38,955 nucleotides of DNA from Candidatus Nomurabacteria bacterium RIFCSPLOWO2_12_FULL_44_11 (GCA_001787125.1 MFVU01000032.1:1-38955), one strand, 5' to 3'; shown: positions 27,491-35,069, counted from the stretch's first letter. The notes: generated by a model from the sequence alone, not told the origin. Program-made: numbers and translations.

Positions 27491-28153
27491 GCGACCAAAT
27501 TAATCTATTTCGTCCGGCACGGAGAGACGGAGTCTAATGCCCAAGGCATTCGGCAGGGACCAGAAGGACATTTAAGTGGGAAAGGGCGGGGCCAGGTGGC
27601 CGAAACAGCGAGAAGGTTCCCGAAGCATAAAGGTAAACCGCAAGTGATTATTGCGAGTCCTTATGAGCGGACTAAGGAAACGGCTGAAATCATCGGGCGA
27701 GAACTTGAAATGGATGTAGAATATTCTGACCTTTTGGTAGAGCGCAAAAATCCTTCGGAGATAATCGAGCGCAAGGGAGAAGACCGAGATGTGCGAAGTA
27801 TCGTAGATCGCATTGACAAAAGTTTCCATGAGGATAACTTGCGTTATTCTGACGAGGAAAATTTTATTGATCTAAAAGAAAGAGCCAGAGAGTTATTGGA
27901 TTACATCAAATCGAGGCCGGAAGAGCGCATCATCATGGTCACCCACGGAATATTTCTCCGAATGGTTGTATGTTACATGTTCTATAGCGACGCCCTCACC
28001 GCATCAGAATACAATAAGATAAGTTATTTTAATCCGATTGACAACGCCGGTATAGCCATAACTCAATATATCCCCCATTGGTTCAAAAAGGATGAATGGA
28101 GATTGATTGTCTGGAATGATAATTTGGTAGGCGAAGAAAAACCAGGGGGTTAG
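27488..28153 (+). CDS. Histidine phosphatase (phosphoglycerate mutase-like) family protein
   Basis: YFVRHGET, ASPYERTKETA, VTHG. Confidence 0.9.
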   Translation: MATKLIYFVRHGETESNAQGIRQGPEGHLSGKGRGQVAETARRFPKHKGKPQVIIASPYERTKETAEIIGRELEMDVEYSDLLVERKNPSEIIERKGEDRDVRSIVDRIDKSFHEDNLRYSDEENFIDLKERARELLDYIKSRPEERIIMVTHGIFLRMVVCYMFYSDALTASEYNKISYFNPIDNAGIAITQYIPHWFKKDEWRLIVWNDNLVGEEKPGG

Positions 28154-28593
28154 CCCTGATGATGATTGCGCACTTTTTTCTCCAATTCCCCAAGCTTATT
28201 CTCAATGGAGTCCAGAGCATCCTTGATCTCTGAAATTGCGCTAACTTCGTTTTCCACTTCACTTTCCGTTTTTTGGGATAACCTTTTTTCGCCACGTAGA
28301 CCAGAAAGAATTAGCTCATTGCCGATAAAACTGGAGATAAAGGCCCCCGTGAAATACAAAATGATTCCGCCGACTAGGAGTGAGGCCGGCCCGTCCCACC
28401 AGGGGGTACTTACCGCATCAATGGTCAGATTATTTCCGTTGAGATTGAAATATTCATGGATTTGATCGGCACTATGCCAGATGCCTCGCCAAAACAAAAC
28501 GACGCCTGCCCCTACAACGAGCGCATACAACTTCGGCCGGTGGCTTAAATATGACGTAATTCTTTGTTCCAATTTAGATAATCCGCTTCGCAT
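28150..28593 (-). CDS. Hypothetical membrane protein (2 TM plus C-terminal coiled coil)
   Basis: GVVLFWRGIW segment, a second hydrophobic helix and a heptad C-terminus; TATAAT 6 nt before the ATG. Confidence 0.75.
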   Translation of the reverse strand: MRSGLSKLEQRITSYLSHRPKLYALVVGAGVVLFWRGIWHSADQIHEYFNLNGNNLTIDAVSTPWWDGPASLLVGGIILYFTGAFISSFIGNELILSGLRGEKRLSQKTESEVENEVSAISEIKDALDSIENKLGELEKKVRNHHQG

Positions 28594-28600
28594 CCTTTGA

Positions 28601-29596
28601 TTATATCATGATTCTTAATTTATATGCATTGCCGTGTTTCAATAAACCTAAATATGATTGTTTCGATTCTTTTTTAGGATTTTCCCTAATTCGTTTCAGC
28701 ATTTTCCTTTTTGTTGAAGTTCTTAAAACTCTATGACGCGGAAAATGCACCCAACCCAGGAAGTCTACCCCGGAAGCAAGAGTTTTAATAAAGACCTTAT
28801 CAGGATGCAGGTATATATTTAAATAGCTATTTAAATAAGTATTAATTTTTGGTAACAAATTTTCTAAATATCCTTTATCTTCATTTAAAATCACAAAATC
28901 GTCAGCGTATCTGATGTAATATTTCACTTTTAGTTCCCTTTTCATAAACTGGTCAAATTCATTCATATAAACATTTACCAGAAGCTGGGAAGTTAAATTG
29001 CCTAATGGTAATCCTTTGTTAATCCTCTCTGCGATAGCAGAGTTACTTAACATTGTAGAAAAGCTGTCTATCACCTGTCCTAGGAGCCAGAGAGTGTCGG
29101 TGTCAAGGTTGAACCTTGACAATATCTTCTTTAAAACCTGACGATTGATGTTTGCAAAGAATTTTTTGATATCGCATTTTAAAATCCAGCAAGTGCGAGT
29201 GTTATTTTTGGAAACCTTGCGAAACATTTGCCGAAACCTGTTTATGGCCTTATGTGTTCCCTTCTCGACTCGGCAGGAGTATGAGTCATGAATGAATTTT
29301 GAATCGAAATATTCATATAGTTCTTGATATATCAAATGATGCAACAATCTGTCCCTGACAGTTGCCTTGTGTATCTGCCTGGGTTTAGGGTCCGAAATAT
29401 TGAAGGCAATATACTCCCCATGCTTGTAGGTCTTATTTTTTAGGTCGTTGTGTAAATCAAATATATTGTCCATCAACTTTGCTTGAAATAAAATCACATC
29501 TTTTCTGTTCCTTTTATCACGCAAAAATTCCTGCCAGGCCAACAGCAGTTTTTCTATGGTTATGATATTATCGTAAGTATGAATAAATTGTCTCAT
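28601..29596 (-). CDS. DGR reverse transcriptase
   Basis: KPRQI..ATVRDRLLHH, KCDIKKFF, GLPLGNLTSQ (DGR-type GxxxSQ), YIRYADDF, GVDFLG; 331 aa with no maturase or endonuclease tail. Confidence 0.95.
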   Translation of the reverse strand: MRQFIHTYDNIITIEKLLLAWQEFLRDKRNRKDVILFQAKLMDNIFDLHNDLKNKTYKHGEYIAFNISDPKPRQIHKATVRDRLLHHLIYQELYEYFDSKFIHDSYSCRVEKGTHKAINRFRQMFRKVSKNNTRTCWILKCDIKKFFANINRQVLKKILSRFNLDTDTLWLLGQVIDSFSTMLSNSAIAERINKGLPLGNLTSQLLVNVYMNEFDQFMKRELKVKYYIRYADDFVILNEDKGYLENLLPKINTYLNSYLNIYLHPDKVFIKTLASGVDFLGWVHFPRHRVLRTSTKRKMLKRIRENPKKESKQSYLGLLKHGNAYKLRIMI

Positions 29597-29966
29597 ATCG
29601 TTTTACCCCCCCCCAGCGCCGACGGCGCTTCTAAAAGCAAAAACGGCCTACACTCTTTGGTTTAAAGTATATAATGATTTCCCTAAAGCGCATCGTTACG
29701 TATTGGGTGGAAAAATTGAGGACTACTTTCTGGGTCTTTTAGAAAATATTTTCATTTCAATTTATCTACCTCCAGAAACAAAAGTTTCTCGCCTCACCAT
29801 AGCAATATCAAAATTGGATGGCATAAAATTCTTTTTACAAATAGCTTGGGAAAACAAATGCATCCCGAATGAAAAGTATTCTACCCTTTCCGAACACTTG
29901 CAAGAAATCGGCAGAATGCTCGGTGGCTGGAAAAAAGGACTTGAAAAGAAAACTCCTCGGCCGTGA
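29579..29966 (+). CDS. avd: Avd-like accessory variability determinant (four-helix bundle); 5' end interrupted by a frameshift at a C9 tract as given
   Basis: Frame of ORF 29703-29966 is open back to 29583 and reads LLKAKTAYTLWFKVYNDFPKAHRYVLGGKIE...LQEIGRMLGGW (Avd pattern). ATG 29579 is in another frame and joins if C9 (29606-29614) were C8. Confidence 0.8.
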
Positions 29967-29990
29967 GGTAGAGGAGAAAAACAAGAGTTT

Positions 29991-30097
29991 CGAGAGAACA
30001 CCCGATTGTCGGCGTTCCACGTGTTCGGGTTCTCGACGGAGTTGGCATTGACGTTCCAACCGCCGTCGTTCCAGTTCACGTTCACGGCACGGAGAAC
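29991..30097 (-). ncRNA. DGR template repeat (TR)
   Basis: 107-bp near-copy of 30496-30602 containing 10 AAY codons in the target frame; all 12 differences are at TR adenines (minus strand). Confidence 0.95.
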
Positions 30098-30392
30098 CAG
30101 TGTTATCGTACATAAGATCATCTGTATCACTGCCGACCCAAGCACAAACTAAATGTCAGGGATCGTGCTGTATTTTATTTTGGACTTAGAAGTCCACCAA
30201 TATTATGCACCAATTCTTGTTATTTTTTGAAAAAACTTTTTATACTCTTGCGTAAGGCAAAAAGAAAACAGCCCAACGCAACTCTCACAAAAAATTTCTT
30301 AAGACCATGACGCGAAAGCCGTAACCGTCGCGTAGCACATGATTTCAAAAACATTGTATCAAATTACAAAATTAAATGAAGTAAAAATAGAA

Positions 30393-30424
30393 GACACCCG
30401 GCCCGCCGAAGCGAACCGAGTGTC
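30393..30424 (-). terminator. 14-bp stem with cUUCGg loop downstream of the DGR target (terminator and/or DGR homing hairpin)
   Basis: Minus strand GACACTCGGTTCGC-TTCG-GCGGGCCGGGTGTC (three G:U pairs) followed by TTCTATTTTT. Confidence 0.75.
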
Positions 30425-30446
30425 CAAGAGTCCCAGAACCCAAGGG

Positions 30447-31151
30447 TCAGCTTGCGGCTGATTCCTGAGGCACTGAGGATACGAGCGATGAATTGCGAGA
30501 GAACACCCGATCGTCGGCGCTCCACGTGAGCGGGCTCTCGACGGAGAGGGCATTGACGTACCAACCGCCGTCGTACCAGTGCACGAGCACGGCACGGAGA
30601 ACGCCGTTCTGGTCGCGAACGTAGAAGATGTTCGCGCGCCCGTCGTGGAGCAAGACGCCCTCTCCGCCGTTCGGCTGAGCCGCCATCATGGCGAAGACGT
30701 CGGTGAGAGCGACTTCCGTCTTACCCTCGCCGATCGCATCGAGGATCGGCTTGTCGACCGAGCGCTTGGTGAGTCGGGAGTAGCGGAGCTCGGTCGCGCG
30801 CCCGGGTTCTTCGATCTTGCCGAGCACCCACGCCCGGAAGTTGTCGCCGAGGTAGCTGATCTTCACCGGTGCCCTGCGGCTGGTGTCGACCACGAACTTC
30901 TCGGAAGCAACGAAGGCCCAGGTGTTCATCGGCGCGATGTAGGTACCGACGAGCTCGAGGAGAGGCGTCGGAGCGGGCGTCGCGACGGGTTCCTCGACAA
31001 CCAACGAAGCGTACATGGTCTCTGCCATGCGGTTACGCTTCGAGTTGACGATCTGTTGCACAAGAGCGGCACTGAAGCCGGCCTTGTCGAGGACCAATGC
31101 AAATTCATGCATCGCTCCACAGCTCATGTCACACACGCGGTCTGCGCTCAT
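30447..31151 (-). CDS. DGR target (variable) protein with C-terminal VR, probable CLec-type fold
   Basis: 234 aa; C-terminal VLRAVLVHWYDGGWYVNALSVESPLTWSADDRVFSRN is encoded by the VR. Fold is inferred from known DGR targets. Confidence 0.9.
   Translation of the reverse strand: MSADRVCDMSCGAMHEFALVLDKAGFSAALVQQIVNSKRNRMAETMYASLVVEEPVATPAPTPLLELVGTYIAPMNTWAFVASEKFVVDTSRRAPVKISYLGDNFRAWVLGKIEEPGRATELRYSRLTKRSVDKPILDAIGEGKTEVALTDVFAMMAAQPNGGEGVLLHDGRANIFYVRDQNGVLRAVLVHWYDGGWYVNALSVESPLTWSADDRVFSRNSSLVSSVPQESAAS
30496..30602 (-). repeat. DGR variable repeat (VR)
   Basis: 95/107 identity to TR at offset 505 with no indels; mismatches only opposite TR adenines. Confidence 0.95.
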
Positions 31152-31193
31152 GACTGGTCTCCTTTCGGGAGATGCTAGAGGACGACGACTGTC

Positions 31194-31239
31194 GCCATAG
31201 CTTTTAATTTACAAGATTTTATAAGCTAAAAGCTATGGC
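31194..31239. promoter_or_regulatory. 13-bp perfect inverted repeat in the leader of the DGR target gene
   Basis: GCCATAGCTTTTA (31194-31206) / TAAAAGCTATGGC (31227-31239). Confidence 0.6.
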
Positions 31240-31287
31240 AAATCTAGTATTTTCTCGCAGTTTATAAAAGAACCTATATATCCTTAT

Positions 31288-31316
31288 ATTATACACCCAA
31301 CAGGCATTTTTGTCAA
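31288..31316 (-). promoter_or_regulatory. Consensus sigma70 promoter upstream of the DGR target
   Basis: TTGACA-N17-TATAAT read directly on the minus strand. Confidence 0.8.
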
Positions 31317-31352
31317 TGTTTTGCTTTTTATTATTTATGGTATATTAGATGT

Positions 31353-31571
31353 ATGAAGAAATTTAATTTACAAAACATTGTTTGGAAAGAAGGGAAATAT
31401 TATGTTTCTCAGTGTTTGAATGTTGATATTTCAAGCTTTGGTAAAACCAGAAATGAATCGCTAAAGAATTTAAGCGAAGCTTTGGATCTTTACTTTGAGG
31501 ACTCTAAAATTCAAAAAATACAAGAGGTGAAAGGTGCGCAACTTGTCCCTTTTGTGTTTAACTATGCCTAA
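31353..31571 (+). CDS. hicB: HicB-family antitoxin (short)
   Basis: WKEGKYYVSQCLNVDISSFGKTRNESLKNLSEALDLYFED. Confidence 0.85.
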   Translation: MKKFNLQNIVWKEGKYYVSQCLNVDISSFGKTRNESLKNLSEALDLYFEDSKIQKIQEVKGAQLVPFVFNYA

Positions 31572-31779
31572 ACTTTTATCTTCTACGCAAGTAGTAAAAG
31601 TTTTAGAAAATAACGGTTTCGTGTTCATTTCTCAAAAAGGTAGTCATGTAAAATTTAGAAAACTGGGAATAAAGAAGCGAACTGTCATTGTCCCAGCGGG
31701 CAGAAAAGAAATTCCTATGGGTACTCTTCATTCAATAATGCGACAAGCTTCTCTAACAAAAGAGGACTTCGGAATTTAA
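31564..31779 (+). CDS. hicA: HicA-family toxin
   Basis: VVKVLENNGF..SQKGSHVKF..VIVP..EIPMGTLHSIMRQA; ATG 31564 overlaps the hicB end. Confidence 0.88.
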   Translation: MPKLLSSTQVVKVLENNGFVFISQKGSHVKFRKLGIKKRTVIVPAGRKEIPMGTLHSIMRQASLTKEDFGI

Positions 31780-31782
31780 GTT

Positions 31783-32832
31783 TTAAAAATTACTATAGTA
31801 CGATTTTGCTGTTGAAGTGCAGATATTTTTGCCCTCCCCGGAGAGGACATCGCAGAATTCAAGAGCTTCTTTGTCGGAGTGATAGTAGGAAATAATTTCT
31901 TTCACTGCGCCTACGACGCAGTTGTTAAAATCGTTGGAATCTTTAGTGATGGAGCAGAGCTCTTTAGTCCGGTTTTTTTCATGCATGGCCTGGTTGGCCA
32001 CATCCCGACCCATGCTTTGGTTACAAATATCTCGGTATGGTGTTTCCACGGTGGTACACAAATCAAAAACTTTCTTATAATCATAGCTCGTCACTTGTAG
32101 CGCATAGGATGTCTGGCCTAAGTAGCATTGACCTTTATACCTTACTTCCACTGCGGTACAGGGATACAAGGGTTCTTCGGGTTTTAAATACTTGACCACC
32201 CCGCCGGTATCGGAGACATTGGTGCTATCAATAATATTTTGCATAAAGACCCCGCTATAACAGGACTGTCGTTCCCAGTCCCCCGTCAGATTGTCACACA
32301 TGACAAGCGCATGGAAAATTTCGCCTTCGTAGTAGGCTTCTACTCCGTGCCCCAGCCCATGCACGCAGTTATAATAATCAAAATTATAACTTTCCCGTCC
32401 GGGAATTTGTGAGCAAATATCGTTTAGCCCTTTGGATAAATCCGTGAGGCCGATTTTTTTGACCATGCCTTCCATCACCCCGTGATAATACCCGCTCCAG
32501 CAAAAAGCATCTCCTGCATTGAATGCCTCGGTTATTGTTTTAAATTCATTTGCGGCCTCGCGTCCGATTACGTGCACCAAGGGGTGGCATTGCGCGAGGA
32601 CCTGGCCATCCTCCGTCGAGATCCTTTTTACGTCGGCTACTGCTACCTTGGTTCCAAAATCCCGGACAAGATTTTTATAGTATTCCGAAAAACAATCATA
32701 GGGTGAGGCCAGGTCTTTACACGCTGCGTTATCATAGGTATAAGAGGGCTTTTGTTGGTCGATATACCAGAAACCTGCCCCGCCCAGAAGCAATACAGCC
32801 ACCAAAATTTTTAACACTAGGCCCGATTTCAT
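31783..32832 (-). CDS. Membrane-anchored Cys/His-rich protein of unknown function
   Basis: N-terminal TM; repeated CH...H..G-type motifs (CHPLVHVIG, CWSGYYHG, CVHGLGHG) and regularly spaced Cys. Confidence 0.75.
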   Translation of the reverse strand: MKSGLVLKILVAVLLLGGAGFWYIDQQKPSYTYDNAACKDLASPYDCFSEYYKNLVRDFGTKVAVADVKRISTEDGQVLAQCHPLVHVIGREAANEFKTITEAFNAGDAFCWSGYYHGVMEGMVKKIGLTDLSKGLNDICSQIPGRESYNFDYYNCVHGLGHGVEAYYEGEIFHALVMCDNLTGDWERQSCYSGVFMQNIIDSTNVSDTGGVVKYLKPEEPLYPCTAVEVRYKGQCYLGQTSYALQVTSYDYKKVFDLCTTVETPYRDICNQSMGRDVANQAMHEKNRTKELCSITKDSNDFNNCVVGAVKEIISYYHSDKEALEFCDVLSGEGKNICTSTAKSYYSNF

Positions 32833-32850
32833 GTTTTCTTAAAAATATAT

Positions 32851-33537
32851 TTACTCTGTGCCGTTGTCTATTATTTCCTCGAGTTCCGTAGCAGCTTTTT
32901 TGATATATTTTTCTAAAAGCAAATGGATTTTTTGCTTGGTCAATTCAAATTTTTCAGGATCGCGAATTTTTAAATTATTTATATCTTTATATATTAGATC
33001 GTGTTCGATTTCCGCCCAGGCATGGTGCAGGATCGAGGTGATTTGAACTTCACTTTTGAGCCCTCGGAACTGTTTATACTCGCTTAGATTTAACCTTTTC
33101 CGACCAAAGGACATGATGATATGCGTGGCCCGGTAGCCGTTATCTTTGACCCTCTCTTCTATTTTCATGAAACCGCCGATCTCGTTTTTGATTTTTTTTA
33201 CGAATTTTTCCTTGTCTCGTTCGGTATAGAAAATTATGCGAATCCCCACCAGATCCTCCACCTCTTCCACCGAATGATAAAAAATTCCATGTTCTTTCTT
33301 GCGCAGAAGTTTTTCTTCCAGACGTTCATGGGTTTTGGTTCTGGAAATAATTTGGTACTTGTACTCCCCTTCTTTAAGCAACGCCTCAAGTGCTCGATGG
33401 GCGGCAATACGGAACTCTTCATAGTTCGGACGCTTGTTTTTATATTCAGTCAAAATGGTAGAGAGATAGCTCTTCTCGCCCTTGTGCCTTTGGGGGTTGA
33501 GTAAGGCGATGATTTTGTCTATCATTCGTGCGTTCAT
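32851..33537 (-). CDS. Stand-alone RelA/SpoT synthetase-domain protein (small alarmone synthetase-like)
   Basis: SRTK, DLVGIRII, GYRATH, EVQI...HAWAEIEHD motifs. Confidence 0.85.
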   Translation of the reverse strand: MNARMIDKIIALLNPQRHKGEKSYLSTILTEYKNKRPNYEEFRIAAHRALEALLKEGEYKYQIISRTKTHERLEEKLLRKKEHGIFYHSVEEVEDLVGIRIIFYTERDKEKFVKKIKNEIGGFMKIEERVKDNGYRATHIIMSFGRKRLNLSEYKQFRGLKSEVQITSILHHAWAEIEHDLIYKDINNLKIRDPEKFELTKQKIHLLLEKYIKKAATELEEIIDNGTE

Positions 33538-33557
33538 AATATAATTATAACAAATTG

Positions 33558-34172
33558 TTAGGGAGATGATTCGACGGCGGTTATCACCAACCGTTGGTTG
33601 TGAGTTCGATATTCAGAAATCCAGCTACCTGTGCAAGTTATCAATTTCAAAAGTGGAGCATCGTTTTGATTGAAAATTTCTTCCGTTGGCGCTTTGTAGT
33701 CATAGGTTTTTATATCCCTGACCACAAAATGCAGGGTGTCGCCTGAAGCTTGATCGATGTATACATCGCTCCCAACTTTTACGTCTTTCAAATCGGCGAA
33801 TACCGCCGGCATGCCGAGTCCGTTATCCACGTGTCCGGAAATTACCGCGCTCCCAACCTCGCCCGGCAGAGTGCCATACTTAAACCAACCGACATCGGTA
33901 TAATTATTTGGTGTGGACATATTGCCAAGCTTCGTAATACCGACTTTCTGCACTTTAGCTTTTACTCCAATGGAAGGTATGCGCAAATATTGCGGGTACA
34001 AAACAGGGTTAATTTTCTTCTCCTCCGGGGAAAAAGTTTTCTTGACATCATTCGGTAAGGCAACCTCATCAGTCGGCGCGTAGGAAACGGCCCGGTAAAC
34101 GGTTCTGCCGAAATAGAACATTGATATGACAATTAATATCGCTACAAACGGTATTGTTTTATTTTGTTTCAT
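33558..34172 (-). CDS. Class F sortase
   Basis: N-terminal TM, LRIPSIGV, VGWF...PGEVGSAVISGHVD, LKLITC, R-LVI; start could alternatively be 34226. Confidence 0.88.
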   Translation of the reverse strand: MKQNKTIPFVAILIVISMFYFGRTVYRAVSYAPTDEVALPNDVKKTFSPEEKKINPVLYPQYLRIPSIGVKAKVQKVGITKLGNMSTPNNYTDVGWFKYGTLPGEVGSAVISGHVDNGLGMPAVFADLKDVKVGSDVYIDQASGDTLHFVVRDIKTYDYKAPTEEIFNQNDAPLLKLITCTGSWISEYRTHNQRLVITAVESSP

Positions 34173-34237
34173 AACGCTAAAGACGGATACCCGTAGTTTC
34201 CTGGCATCCGTCTTTGTAGGTATCACCCTATTTTACC

Positions 34238-34729
34238 TTACCTTAGCACATATTTGCGAGCAAGATAAAGTGAACCCAAGAGCATTGCCAAGGCCGAGGT
34301 TAGGATTAGGATCACGTTACGCGATGCATCACCTCCCGCACCGGTGGTAGGAAATCCCAAGGATCCCGTTCCAGAAACAATTACGGGCGTGGCCACTGCC
34401 GTGCCATTACAGGGCTCACCAGTAATCGAACTGTAACCTATAGTAGAAGAACAGCCAGCGAGCCATTGTATAGCCACTGACCCTCCGCTACAAGGACGGC
34501 CGTTGATTGAACTGTATCCTAGGGCACTGGTGCAACCGGGCATGTATCTCGCGGTGGCAACACTGGTGCCGTTACAAGGAAGTCCGGTAGTGGCGCTGTA
34601 GCCCAGCCCGGAGGCACAGCCCGCTGGAAATGTCGCGGTTTGAGCTTCGGCAGTAGAAACCGAAGAAAACGCTACGCCGCTTATTACGAGAGCAAACAAC
34701 AAAACAGAGAGAGCGAGTTTGTTAATCAT
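34238..34729 (-). CDS. Putative sortase substrate with three Cys-containing repeats
   Basis: Signal peptide; 3x GC.S..GYS...G.PC.G; FPTTG followed by a hydrophobic segment and ARK tail; directly upstream of the sortase. Confidence 0.75.
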   Translation of the reverse strand: MINKLALSVLLFALVISGVAFSSVSTAEAQTATFPAGCASGLGYSATTGLPCNGTSVATARYMPGCTSALGYSSINGRPCSGGSVAIQWLAGCSSTIGYSSITGEPCNGTAVATPVIVSGTGSLGFPTTGAGGDASRNVILILTSALAMLLGSLYLARKYVLR

Positions 34730-34833
34730 AAATTTGTTATTAAACTGATAATATCAACAAAATTCAAGCAAAAAAGAACCCCTCCGATTATGTGACGAAG
34801 CTGCGTTTACAATATTACATTGAGAAATCGATA

Positions 34834-35028
34834 TTACGGCTTTCGAGCCAAACGAAAACCTTGAAGGGCTAGATACGCCGCGAGAATCAAGGCGACCCAA
34901 GAGGCCCACATTGGGGGAACAAAACCGCCGATTTGAACTTCCCAGCCGTTTAGCAGGCGAAGCACATGAAGAACACCTACGACCAGAAAGATAAACGATG
35001 CAACCGACACAAAATTATTCTTTGTCAT
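34834..35028 (-). CDS. Small membrane protein (2 TM)
   Basis: 64-aa hydrophobic ORF (IFLVVGVLHVLRL; PMWASWVALILA). Confidence 0.7.
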   Translation of the reverse strand: MTKNNFVSVASFIFLVVGVLHVLRLLNGWEVQIGGFVPPMWASWVALILAAYLALQGFRLARKP

Positions 35029-35069
35029 ATTATTTATTCTTATCTTACTAATAAAATAATAAAAACTGC

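Larger units (their letters stand above)
28601..31316 (-). mobile_element. Diversity-generating retroelement cassette (target/VR - TR - avd - RT)
   Basis: RT with DGR-type motif, Avd-like ORF, and a TR/VR pair with adenine-only mismatches within ~2.7 kb. Confidence 0.95.

Noticed and set aside
28601..29596. RT as group II intron, retron or Abi/defence RT
   Set aside because: Has GxxxSQ rather than QGxxxSP, no maturase/endonuclease domain and no retron VTG motif seen. The adjacent Avd and TR/VR explain it.
29762..30145. 127-aa minus-strand ORF resembling the DGR target C-terminus (second target?)
   Set aside because: It is the TR read in frame (Asn at every variable site), continuing antisense into avd; no credible start.
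30579..31178. 199-aa plus-strand ORF and other ORFs over the target gene
   Set aside because: Shadows caused by high GC; only the minus-strand frame places VR mismatches in AAY-derived codons.
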